A stretch of 64,000 nt of DNA from an uncultured virus (IMG/VR IMGVR_UViG_3300023227_000005) (IMGVR_UViG_3300023227_000005), one strand, 5' to 3'; shown: positions 28,892 through 37,141, numbered from the stretch's first letter. The notes: generated from the letters alone by a model not told the origin. A program made the numbers and translations.

Positions 28892-29666
28892 TGACTAAGC
28901 CCTCTTCGGTGTAAACTTGGTTGATTCCGTCTTCGTGTAAGATCATAACACCAAGGTAATGAGAGAAGATCCCGTGAGAGACATAGAGGTTAACCTCTTC
29001 TGCGTCTTGGTAATAGAGAATCTTAGAAGCTTCTCTGAAAGTACGACCACCGTCGCACAAATCGTCAACGATCAAGACACACTTGTCTGTAACGTCAGCC
29101 TCTCCGTGCATTTTCATGCCGGTAATCTCACCAGTAGACTGATTTCGCACCTTCTCCATGTAGACAAAGGGCTTGCCAGCAAGTGAAGGGTATCGAGTAG
29201 ACGCACTAACGTCTGGGAAGCAAATGACTTCTGCATTGCAACCATCGATAGCCACTTGAATCTCAGCACAAGGCTCGACACAGGTCAGACCATCGCCGAA
29301 GTATTGCTCCAACAACTCTTCGCTGTGAGGGTCGAAAACGACTAGCGAATCGAATACTGGGGCAATTAAGCCTAAGAAAGTATGTAGGGCGAATGTGGCG
29401 TCATTGCTGACTTCTTTGTCCTGGCGAGCATAGGGCAAGTAGGGCAGAGTCAAGCATACGTCGACTTCAACGTTCAGGCTGCGAATGAGAGTCATCAGTT
29501 GCAGCAAGTGAATCAATTCACCTTCATGGTCAAAGTGCCATACAATGTCCAACCCACTAGTGGAGCTTTCGATCTGCTTGATGAGCGTTAGGGGCAGCTT
29601 CCACACTTGACTGGTGTCGTCAGGGAAGATCGTAGGTGTAATTTCTTGGTCGTTCAGTTTAATCAT
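28857..29666 (-). CDS. Ribose-phosphate pyrophosphokinase-like protein (Prs/Adps-like)
   Basis: FPD, LPYLPYARQDK, DPHS, FPD.SA, LIVDDLCDGGRTF, YVSHGIFS. Confidence 0.93.
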   Translation of the reverse strand: MIKLNDQEITPTIFPDDTSQVWKLPLTLIKQIESSTSGLDIVWHFDHEGELIHLLQLMTLIRSLNVEVDVCLTLPYLPYARQDKEVSNDATFALHTFLGLIAPVFDSLVVFDPHSEELLEQYFGDGLTCVEPCAEIQVAIDGCNAEVICFPDVSASTRYPSLAGKPFVYMEKVRNQSTGEITGMKMHGEADVTDKCVLIVDDLCDGGRTFREASKILYYQDAEEVNLYVSHGIFSHYLGVMILHEDGINQVYTEEGLVSDVREHTKAAK

Positions 29667-29788
29667 TGCATTTTCCAGTACAGCAGGGGCATTTACGTGT
29701 TGGTAGTGTGAAAAAACTAGAAATCCTAGTCCAAATCCGCGACAAGACTTCTTCTAGCAAATCCTACGGGTCGGCTTTGTCTACTGGC

Positions 29789-29816
29789 ATTATACTCTTT
29801 TCTTCTGACTTGTCAA
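29789..29816 (-). promoter_or_regulatory. Promoter TTGACA-N16-TATAAT
   Basis: Perfect hexamers, 16-bp spacer; upstream of the Prs-like gene. Confidence 0.85.
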
Positions 29817-29833
29817 CCCATATTTTGCAAACA

Positions 29834-30409
29834 CTAACCAACTCCAATACAGTCTGGGTTATACCAACTAACAAATTCGTCATCAGGAAAGCCTTGGCAT
29901 TGTAAAAGAAAAGGAAGGGGGTCAAGCAGATTGGGGTCACGAGGGATAGCTTCGCCTTCGTGGTGCCAGTGACTCCAGTTTAAGGTTTCTTGGGCACCTT
30001 TTTTATACCTCTCAAAGTGAAGCATGAAGATAGAGTGACCAGGAATGTCTGGGCGAGCCCTCTCTGGAAAGATCACATTAGTAATTAGACCTATGTGGTC
30101 ACGCTCATTTACGTGCTGTCCAACTTTTAAGTGTAAGGGCTCTTCAATCCCTCCATAGTTGCAGATAGCACGCTCACCCTTAACGCTTACCGCCCAAGTG
30201 TCTTTCCACCAGGGCGACTCTTTACCTCCAGTAAACTGGCCAATCTTGATAACCTCACCAGACTCACAAGCTGTCACAGAGCAGGGACCATCAACATAGA
30301 TATCAATTCCAACGTGAAAGTTCTTTCTACGCTTGAAACCAAAGGCTCCAGGGTGGTGGTTAATAGGAATACCAGTCACCATTCTGGGACTTACTGGAAA
30401 ATATTGCAT
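29834..30409 (-). CDS. M23-family peptidase-like protein
   Basis: FG..R...HVGIDI, ACESGEV, VGQHV..DHIG, MLHFE. Confidence 0.75.
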   Translation of the reverse strand: MQYFPVSPRMVTGIPINHHPGAFGFKRRKNFHVGIDIYVDGPCSVTACESGEVIKIGQFTGGKESPWWKDTWAVSVKGERAICNYGGIEEPLHLKVGQHVNERDHIGLITNVIFPERARPDIPGHSIFMLHFERYKKGAQETLNWSHWHHEGEAIPRDPNLLDPLPFLLQCQGFPDDEFVSWYNPDCIGVG

Positions 30410-30793
30410 CTTTCTACCTCTCTTATGATTTCTGAAATTGGGGCAAGGGCACCTACCCCAGTATCTCCGCAGGCTAGGGTTTTGTGTGCTGGGTTAACTA
30501 TCATGGCTCCCATTTCGTATTTCATAATGGGCAGTAATGGGATTCTCCCACATGAGCGTGTTCACAGCTGGGGCCAGGATCATTGGCTTCCTGTAGTCCC
30601 AGCATCTTGCTACATTGGTTAAGACATTGTCGCACAGCCCGTTACTGATTTTTCCAAGAGTATTAGCAGACAGTGGGGCGATGACAAACACATCAAACTC
30701 TTTTCGTAGCTCAATGTGTAATACTTTGCCTTCTTCTTTGTAGTACTGAAACTCATCTAAATCTTTTCCTACTAAGCCGTCAGCATACAACAT
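30391..30793 (-). pseudogene. HFCD flavoprotein (phosphopantothenoylcysteine decarboxylase-like), N-truncated and frameshifted
   Basis: IAPLSANTLGKISNGLCDN, APAVNTLMW in one frame; KTLACGDTGVGAL in another frame after ~30518; no N-terminal GxTGS motif. Confidence 0.82.
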
Positions 30794-30865
30794 CGAAGCG
30801 TGGGAGTTGCACCCACATTTCTCCCCCCAATGGAGAGCGTTCTATCTATTAAAACTACCAAGCCG
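30793..30865 (-). ncRNA. Degenerate tRNA-like element
   Basis: D-like, anticodon (CTCTC/GGGAG) and T arms present; acceptor strands do not pair. Confidence 0.45.
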
Positions 30866-30938
30866 AAACGAGTGGAAGCTGGTCTGAGAAACCTCGGCTT
30901 AGAGTGTACTCACGCACAGTTCTAGCAAAAGTCATTGA

Positions 30939-31054
30939 CAGAATGAAGATCTAATGCTAACTTAGATTGGTCATAGACCCTAAGCAGATTACTCAGACCA
31001 GCCTCTTATGCTCTATTCAAAGCATTTTAAGGTTGGGTTTGCAGATTTCATTCT
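30939..31054 (-). ncRNA. Candidate Y-like RNA unit 4
   Basis: Closing stem AGAATGA/TCATTCT followed by AATCTGCAAAC, the same motif as units 1-3. Confidence 0.55.
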
Positions 31055-31085
31055 CGTGTATTATAGGCTACGCACCTACAACAAT

Positions 31086-31175
31086 TAGTGAGGTAGAGAT
31101 TTGCACTCTACAATACGTGATAGTTTAACGACTTCGCAAGCGGTCACATCCGTCTACCTATTCCGGCACTCACCA
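31086..31175 (-). ncRNA. tRNA-like RNA with remodelled anticodon domain
   Basis: Acceptor GGTGAG/CTCACT, Leu-like D arm, T arm TAGAG-TGCAAAT-CTCTA; no 7-nt anticodon loop. Confidence 0.6.
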
Positions 31176-31231
31176 ACGCTACCAATCACAGGCTGGTAGC
31201 CCACCCGCCCCTTAGAGGGCGATCCGATTAT

Positions 31232-32920
31232 CTAAACCGACACTAGGTTTAGTAGCTCTTGGTCCATCGTTTCGTTGAACAGGTCCATCGCGGTCTCAAT
31301 CTTGTTGTTCAGAATGAACTGAACGTTGGAAGCTGAGTAACCAGACAAGTAGAACACGTTCTTCACGTCTCCAAAGGTCTCAAACTTTTGCTTGCTACCA
31401 GAACCATAGTATCTGTTGTACAGGTTCCACAAACAAATCTTGAAGTTGTCACAGTACTCTGGTGAGAATCCTGCTTGACGCAACTTGTTACGAGCCATTT
31501 CAACGTTGGTCTTACCCAGTTGAGCAGGATCAAACTCGCCGTCACTGATACAAACAATTCCACCAGGGAAGTCTGACTCAGGAACACCTTGCCCCTTTAG
31601 GTTAACGAACAGGTCGATAACCGATTGGAAGTTGGTATTCCCAACACAACCAGAGCGATCATTATGCCACTTCTCGGAAGCGGTTTGCCCTTTCCATTCG
31701 TGCATCTGTGCTGAGCGGTTAAACTCAATCCAGTTGTCTGCGAATTGTCCAGACAAAAACTCTGAGAAATACAATGCCATTGCCTTCGCAACGTTAAAGC
31801 ATGTGAACTTAGATCCGTCAGCCGTATCTCCCATAGATCCCGAAGTATCACGAACAACAATCATTCCAGTGGAATTCTCATTCTCGCCCTTCGCCTTGTT
31901 AACAGCCTCAACGAACTGCTTGTCAACGGTACTAACGAAGTTAGCATCCCTGTTGGTGTCTAGCTCACAGAGCAGTTCGTAAATGAACCCTGTGTACTTG
32001 ACCGAAACAGTTTCCTTGTCATTGATCCACTCGTAGTAAGCGTCAGACAGGTTTTGGTTCTTCAAGAACTTACTACGAACCAGTAGGTTCAGGGCACGTC
32101 CATGAATTGTCTTGAAGTCCAACTCTGCAAACTTTTGTTGAGAGATCAGCTTTTGCCACTCGTGAGAGGTTCCGCTGTTCTTCAACTTGCGATACTCTCT
32201 GTAGGTCTTAGAGCCGCTCTTTGATCCGAAGACCAAGTTACAGATCCACTTAGCGATGATGTTGCCAGCTTGCTTCTCGACAGTCGTACAAGACGAGTTA
32301 GACCTGATTTGGGGCAGGTACTTCTTCATCAAGTTGACAGTGGTCTCATTCCCTAGCAACTCCACGATCAGAGCACCGAACTTATCCCAGTCCAGCTTAC
32401 GTCCCTCCCAACCGTGGTACACAAGGTCTTGACGGAGCATCGTGATGATGTCCTTACAAGAACCAGCAGAAATGAATAGGCCAATGTTTGACCAAAATGC
32501 CTCTGGGTCTTTTTGAGACAGCCAGACCATACGCATGATTCCTTCATGACGTAGCTCTGCTCCAGATTGTGCCTCTTGAGTTTTGATACCCAAGCCGAAC
32601 AAATCAGTCTTACGACTAATCATTCTCATGTAGATAGTGAACTTAACGAACAGTTCTTTGTCCTTCGCATACAGCTTAGAGCAGTCGCTAGAGATATCAT
32701 CGAATGAACGTGGAGCCTTATAGGTTCCGAGGTTGCCGAATTGGTCTACGAAATCAGATCCAGTCGTTTGGAACTTCAAAGCTGCGTTGCCACTGAGAGT
32801 CTTTGCAGACTCTTTTTCCAGGCCAAACAAGAACTGATTTTTCTTATTAGAGCCTTTTTTGACCTTTTTAACACGAACTTCAATTAGTTGGTTTTTCTTT
32901 TCCTTAAACATTTCAGTCAT
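31232..32920 (-). CDS. DUF2828-type TROVE/Ro60-like helical protein with C-terminal vWA domain
   Basis: TLSGNAALKFQTTG..FVDQF, KKYLP, YREYRKL; vWA RDTSGSM, GNTNFQSVIDL, ISDGEFD, LWNL, LSGYS. Confidence 0.8.
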   Translation of the reverse strand: MTEMFKEKKNQLIEVRVKKVKKGSNKKNQFLFGLEKESAKTLSGNAALKFQTTGSDFVDQFGNLGTYKAPRSFDDISSDCSKLYAKDKELFVKFTIYMRMISRKTDLFGLGIKTQEAQSGAELRHEGIMRMVWLSQKDPEAFWSNIGLFISAGSCKDIITMLRQDLVYHGWEGRKLDWDKFGALIVELLGNETTVNLMKKYLPQIRSNSSCTTVEKQAGNIIAKWICNLVFGSKSGSKTYREYRKLKNSGTSHEWQKLISQQKFAELDFKTIHGRALNLLVRSKFLKNQNLSDAYYEWINDKETVSVKYTGFIYELLCELDTNRDANFVSTVDKQFVEAVNKAKGENENSTGMIVVRDTSGSMGDTADGSKFTCFNVAKAMALYFSEFLSGQFADNWIEFNRSAQMHEWKGQTASEKWHNDRSGCVGNTNFQSVIDLFVNLKGQGVPESDFPGGIVCISDGEFDPAQLGKTNVEMARNKLRQAGFSPEYCDNFKICLWNLYNRYYGSGSKQKFETFGDVKNVFYLSGYSASNVQFILNNKIETAMDLFNETMDQELLNLVSV

Positions 32921-33035
32921 TATGAATTTCCCTGTGACAATTTGAACAAAGTGGAACGCACTTTTTTAATTCTTCTTTAAGCTTATTAGTACAACTAACT
33001 AGCCTAGACGTTAATTTATACTTATTGTCGTGATC

Positions 33036-33100
33036 CAGACTACATTTCAACGTTTCAAATTATTAGTTTGATGTTTGAAGTGATTTGCGGTTTATAGTCT
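33036..33100 (-). ncRNA. Candidate Y-like RNA unit 3
   Basis: Stem AGACTAT/GTAGTCT, then AAACCGCAAATC. Confidence 0.65.
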
Positions 33101-33104
33101 TGTT

Positions 33105-33213
33105 CGAGTTTCGTTTTCGTGCTCTACCATTAAGCTACAAGTGCAAGCACTTGATCAGATTCGAACTGATACCACGTCATTAACAATTGAAAATAGATTG
33201 CTGAATGAAACTC
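33105..33213 (-). ncRNA. YrlA-like RNA (unit 2) with circularly permuted tRNA domain
   Basis: Stem GAGTTTC/GAAACTC, ATTCAGCAATC; T arm ATCAG-TTCGAAT-CTGAT, closed acceptor CAAGTGC-TT-GCACTTG, TA, D arm GCTT-AATGGTA-GAGC. Confidence 0.85.
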
Positions 33214-33217
33214 TATA

Positions 33218-33272
33218 CAGGCCACGTTTAATTCAACCAAAATGAAATTGTTTGATTTGCAGTATGCGGCCT
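33218..33272 (-). ncRNA. Candidate Y-like RNA unit 1
   Basis: Stem AGGCCGC/GTGGCCT, then ATACTGCAAATC. Confidence 0.65.
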
Positions 33273-33292
33273 TGTCTCGTTCTCATACTAGT

Positions 33293-33320
33293 ATTATAGC
33301 AGAGAACGAGTTTTTGTCAA
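33293..33320 (-). promoter_or_regulatory. Promoter TTGACA-N16-TATAAT upstream of the RNA array and Ro-like gene
   Basis: Perfect hexamers, 16-bp spacer. Confidence 0.88.
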
Positions 33321-33336
33321 CCCGTTTCTTGGAATT

Positions 33337-33738
33337 TTATTTGATTTTTTCCCACTCGTAGAAACCGACGCTGATTAAAACTATTTCTAGCATAACCAAC
33401 CAAATCTCTGCTTGTCGAATAGTCAACTCAATCCCAGCATTTGCCATAACAAGTCTAAATCGTTTGATTTTTATCTCGTCATAGTGAACCATTTCTTCTA
33501 ACCCCCAAGCCGCAGCAAGGTCAAGCTTGAGAGTCTTTGACACCGTTTTGAAATGCTTCCAGAAGTATCGCCTTTCATAGTTTGAAAGTTCATACCCTAG
33601 AATTTCAGTTACAAAGTCTTCCAAAAGGTGTGTAAATTCTTTCTTTTTCATGTTATCTACCGAAGTGTGCAGCCTCATCAAAAGCTTCGTTGATAGCGTC
33701 CTCTTCATCTTGCTGTTCAAGCAAAGACAATTCGACAT
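33337..33738 (-). CDS. Hypothetical protein (true start probably MKKKEF at ~33651)
   Basis: ORF coupled to the upstream stop. Confidence 0.6.
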   Translation of the reverse strand: MSNCLCLNSKMKRTLSTKLLMRLHTSVDNMKKKEFTHLLEDFVTEILGYELSNYERRYFWKHFKTVSKTLKLDLAAAWGLEEMVHYDEIKIKRFRLVMANAGIELTIRQAEIWLVMLEIVLISVGFYEWEKIK

Positions 33739-33856
33739 TCAAACGCTTGACATACTTAGCGGCGTCAATCACAACGACTCCACCAATTGTTGTCTGGCTT
33801 TTTTTAGCAGTTTTAATCATCAAACGAACTACGTCAATTGTATCAGAAACTCTCAT
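33653..33856 (-). CDS. Hypothetical protein
   Basis: RBS GGAG; operon-coupled. Confidence 0.65.
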   Translation of the reverse strand: MRVSDTIDVVRLMIKTAKKSQTTIGGVVVIDAAKYVKRLNVELSLLEQQDEEDAINEAFDEAAHFGR

Positions 33857-33859
33857 GTC

Positions 33860-34246
33860 TCACTCCGAAGGTACTTGTTGAGGCTTAAAGGGCACATTTG
33901 CATCAGACAAAGAAGCAGGTTCTTCTTCAAGAATTTCTGTACGCTGTGGATGGAAAGGGCAATCAATGGTGACGTTACCGACAATCACTTTACCAATTCC
34001 TTCACAACTACAGTCCTGTACGTTTCTATCTAGGTCGACAATGACCATAGCAGGATAGTGCAAGTGGTCTCTGCCTTCTAGGCTAAAAGGCTTTGCTGTA
34101 CTTGGTTCGGATGAAGAGCACCCAAGAGCCAAGGATAATACCAGCAGCAAAGCAGCAGGTCGCCGAAGAATCGAACTCCGATTTTCGGTTTTGGAAACCG
34201 ACGTAATGCCATTATACCAGCGACCTGTATTCATTCCTTTTCCCAT
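33860..34246 (-). CDS. Putative lipoprotein whose 5' coding region overlaps tRNA-Trp
   Basis: AAGGA RBS before ATG 34246; LALGC lipobox; CSCEGIG...CPFH. Confidence 0.65.
   Translation of the reverse strand: MGKGMNTGRWYNGITSVSKTENRSSILRRPAALLLVLSLALGCSSSEPSTAKPFSLEGRDHLHYPAMVIVDLDRNVQDCSCEGIGKVIVGNVTIDCPFHPQRTEILEEEPASLSDANVPFKPQQVPSE
34156..34226 (-). tRNA. tRNA-Trp(CCA)
   Basis: Cloverleaf AGGTCGC/GCGACCT-G; loop TTCCAAA. Confidence 0.92.
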
Positions 34247-34291
34247 TTTATATTCCTTTGCTATTACTTTTAAAAACCAGACAACAAAAAG

Positions 34292-34377
34292 TGGACAGAG
34301 AGGGAATCGAACCCCCAGGGACCGTTAGGCCGACAGATTTACAGTCTGCAACGCTACCAATTACGTGCTACCTATCC
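34292..34377 (-). tRNA. tRNA-Tyr(GTA)
   Basis: Loop CTGTAAA, long variable arm, GTTCGA T-loop. Confidence 0.92.
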
Positions 34378-34388
34378 TTTGTTCCCCC

Positions 34389-34416
34389 ATTATACCACGG
34401 GGCGTGGTTTTGTCAA
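34389..34416 (-). promoter_or_regulatory. Promoter TTGACA-N16-TATAAT
   Basis: Immediately upstream of tRNA-Tyr. Confidence 0.88.
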
Positions 34417-34640
34417 GACTTTTCGGGCAAATTTTCTTAGATTTTCTCAGAAGCGGAAGGATTCTTATTAGAAGGTGCGGTGCAGATTCTAACATCGAAA
34501 CAAATAGACAACAACTTCATAGAACTAATAGCTCTGTGCATTGGCTTGAGGTCTCTGTTTACGACCCCCGTAGAACGCACCTTCCCAGTCACACAGAACC
34601 CCGTCCATGTCCACTTGTACTACTTTCTTTTTGAATTGCG

Positions 34641-35162
34641 TCATCGCTGCCTCACTATTCGAGAACGGAATGTATATCCTGATCTTACTGCTCTCAGTAA
34701 ATTCTGAGGCTCATAGCCATCATGTTGGCTAAGTTGATACCGACCAGAAGCACTAATAACACTGGCAGAGTATGGACTACACCAAGTGCCGTCTGTCTTT
34801 TTTGATCTTGGTCTTAGGTAGTTCCTTAACTTATAAGGCTTACCTAGGTTGATTTGTGCGTTTGCTCGCATTGCTGCGACTTCAACAACGGAGAAAGGTA
34901 CTTTTGGTATGTAATAGTCATTTGTAGTACGAGGTTTACCATAATTAGCAACAGGAACAGCGTGTGCTCTAGGCCAGTCTGATTCATAAACGTAACCATC
35001 AATAACCACCCCTACATGCGTGTACTGATCTCCACCTGTCATATTTTTCGCTACTCTTCCTATCAATCCCTTCTTAGACGAGAAGATAAGTGTACCATCT
35101 GGGTACTGTGCGTAAGATGTGTTAGTTAAGCAGAATAAGATTAAAAATAATATAGTTTTCAT
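34641..35162 (-). CDS. Exported permuted papain-like (YiiX/YebB-type NlpC/P60) enzyme
   Basis: Signal peptide; YTHVGVV precedes LGKPY...TWCS. Confidence 0.82.
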   Translation of the reverse strand: MKTILFLILFCLTNTSYAQYPDGTLIFSSKKGLIGRVAKNMTGGDQYTHVGVVIDGYVYESDWPRAHAVPVANYGKPRTTNDYYIPKVPFSVVEVAAMRANAQINLGKPYKLRNYLRPRSKKTDGTWCSPYSASVISASGRYQLSQHDGYEPQNLLRAVRSGYTFRSRIVRQR

Positions 35163-35209
35163 AAAGTCTCCCTTGTATATTCAATTATACACAAAAGAAA
35201 CCTGCCCAT

Positions 35210-35776
35210 TCACCTTCTCAAAAACGCCCTGATTCTCCTTAGGGGCACATTAAAAGACTTGTAGCCATGTAGTTTAGGATAAGCCGACTTGGCACTTACT
35301 ATTCCCACTAGCTTATTATCTTTAATGACTGGTCCACCAGACATACCCTCTAAAACATTTGCCTCCATGCAGTCATAATAATCTTCCGACACAAGTATCG
35401 AGGGGCAGCTATGTACAGTCCATGAACCGTGTGGGTGACCATACGTCTTAGTCAAATCTCCTATTTCTAGGTTTTCCCCTATCCCAATATACTCTACATT
35501 TTTCACTTCTTCAACTTTTAATAGGGCGAGATCATCTTCCTTACTAAAGCTCAGTATCTCTACTGGATATATATTATTTCTATACTCTATCCTTAAGTTT
35601 ACTCCATTAGTAACAGATTCGCTTAAAACGTGATAACAGGTTAAAACCCTATTCTCAGAAATAAACACCCCGCTACCTATTGACCCTCCCTCCTGCCTTA
35701 CTAAAACAACTGAATTGCTTTGGGCAAACAGGGCAGTTGGAAAGAAACATAAAATCAAGAATATAAATCTTTTCAT
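35210..35776 (-). CDS. Exported trypsin-like serine protease
   Basis: Start MKRFIF; GSGVFI, LTCYHV, DLALL, GMSGGP. Confidence 0.92.
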   Translation of the reverse strand: MKRFIFLILCFFPTALFAQSNSVVLVRQEGGSIGSGVFISENRVLTCYHVLSESVTNGVNLRIEYRNNIYPVEILSFSKEDDLALLKVEEVKNVEYIGIGENLEIGDLTKTYGHPHGSWTVHSCPSILVSEDYYDCMEANVLEGMSGGPVIKDNKLVGIVSAKSAYPKLHGYKSFNVPLRRIRAFLRR

Positions 35777-36102
35777 AGTTCGCACTCTTCCCACGTTTCG
35801 CACTTTTCTCCCACATCTAGATGAGTTATTTCTACATAACTGATCCAAACGGAATAAATTGTGCCACCTCTTGTGACTTGTTTGGAGCATTTGCCCCCAC
35901 ACCCTTTAGTTACAAAGTCTTTAAAAGCCACACGCTGCATAGTAATTACACTAATACTGCAATCGTATGGTTTATAACCATTTTCCCTTAACCAATCGTG
36001 AACTTTAATAGTGCGTACCATACGCTTATACGCAGTAGACCGTCTCTTTTCTTCATTGCTTCTAAAAGAAGGGGAAGTACTTATGTCCAAATCAATCTCC
36101 AA
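35773..36102 (-). CDS. Hypothetical protein
   Basis: Operon-coupled ORF. Confidence 0.6.
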   Translation of the reverse strand: MEIDLDISTSPSFRSNEEKRRSTAYKRMVRTIKVHDWLRENGYKPYDCSISVITMQRVAFKDFVTKGCGGKCSKQVTRGGTIYSVWISYVEITHLDVGEKCETWEECEL

Positions 36103-36391
36103 CGTAAGTTCTAGTAGTTACTGTCTTAGGAACACCAAATGCGTTTTTGGCGGTATACGTCATTTCAACGTAATTGCCCTCAACCCTCGTACTCATGTTA
36201 TCAAAAGAGACGGTATCTGGGTAATTTGCACTACCCCTCGCCCTCTGTTTCGCACTTAATATTTTATCTACATCGCTATAAGTTTGCTGTGTAGGTCTGT
36301 TTGGTTCTGGTGGATTAGTTGTTCAATACTAAACTAACCAACAACCCCACATTAAAGCTATAACAGTATATAGTATGCTTCTCATCTTAAA

Positions 36392-36462
36392 TAGCCCTGG
36401 CTAGAATTAAACTAACGCCTAAATATTCAAAGTATCTTGTGCTATCACTACACCACAGGACT
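36392..36462 (-). tRNA. tRNA-Gln(TTG), degenerate
   Basis: AGTCCTG/CAGGGCT, loop CTTTGAA; T-loop TTTAATT lacks the C. Confidence 0.65.
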
Positions 36463-36578
36463 GAATTTGCCCTGGTTGCTGATCGTTGTTATTCATATTC
36501 CTTATTCCTCAAAACTTTAATGGTTACTTTTTTCTACTATCTCGTATCTAATTTTTAGTCTTTCTATTGTTTCTTTAG

Positions 36579-36651
36579 AGCCGCGAGTCGGCAATGATCC
36601 GACAACCTATACTTTACAAGAGTATTGCTCTGCCAATTGAGCTATCGCGGC
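36579..36651 (-). tRNA. tRNA-Thr(TGT)
   Basis: GCCGCGA/TCGCGGC, loop CTTGTAA; atypical T-loop ATCATTG. Confidence 0.88.
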
Positions 36652-36693
36652 ATAATTTCACTGGTGAGCAGTGAGTCTCACTTGTACTAATAA

Positions 36694-36789
36694 GCTATAC
36701 AGGCTGGAATCGAACCAGCTAAGGGAGGAATGTAACCTCCATATCGTTTCCAATGAGAGTCCGCATTGGATACGGTTAACTATGTATCT
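36694..36789 (-). ncRNA. tRNA-like RNA with enlarged D-position hairpin
   Basis: T arm GCTGG-TTCGATT-CCAGC; GGAGG-TTACATT-CCTCC arm; TCCAATG/CATTGGA hairpin. Confidence 0.55.
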
Positions 36790-36921
36790 TAGTTTATTGT
36801 CCGGTCAGTTTCACCCAGCTTCTTCCAACGATCAAACAGACTATCCTGTTCCCACCCAGGCATTCACGGGAAGTCCAACCGCCGGAATCGAACCAGCCCC
36901 TACTATATCATATCTTCCGCT

Positions 36922-37086
36922 TCATTGCAACACCAAGTGAAAAACTTCTCTGCCCTTGTGAACATAACAAGAGGTCATGTTTTCACTACTAACATCATCC
37001 ACGGTGTAAATCTCATTGAGATAGATAGCATAGCCTCTCATCTCTTTGACGCAAATTAGTTTGTCGTTAGCTTTGAAGTCTTTCAT
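36922..37086 (-). CDS. Small protein (54 aa), apparently leaderless
   Basis: ATG follows a 6-nt gap after TATAAT; MKDFKANDKLICVKE... Confidence 0.6.
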   Translation of the reverse strand: MKDFKANDKLICVKEMRGYAIYLNEIYTVDDVSSENMTSCYVHKGREVFHLVLQ

Positions 37087-37092
37087 GCCTTT

Positions 37093-37120
37093 ATTATAGC
37101 ACGCCGCGTGCTTTTGTCAA
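37093..37120 (-). promoter_or_regulatory. Promoter TTGACA-N16-TATAAT
   Basis: Perfect hexamers, 16-bp spacer. Confidence 0.88.
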
Positions 37121-37141
37121 GGATCAATTTCAAAATTCCAC

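Noticed and set aside
29663..29790. TAG read-through or alternative genetic code (MPVDKADP*DLLEE...)
   Set aside because: TAG terminates many well-defined genes here, that ATG overlaps the -10 box, and no suppressor tRNA was found.
33036..33272. CRISPR array interpretation of the repeated units
   Set aside because: No identical direct repeats; conservation is structural plus a 9-nt motif, unit lengths vary widely, and there are no cas genes.
36279..36300. AGACCTACACAGCAAAC resembling a fifth Y-like unit
   Set aside because: No complementary closing strand nearby, and it lies inside a small membrane ORF.
36872..36900. tRNA gene
   Set aside because: Only a T-arm remnant; no matching acceptor, D or anticodon arm.
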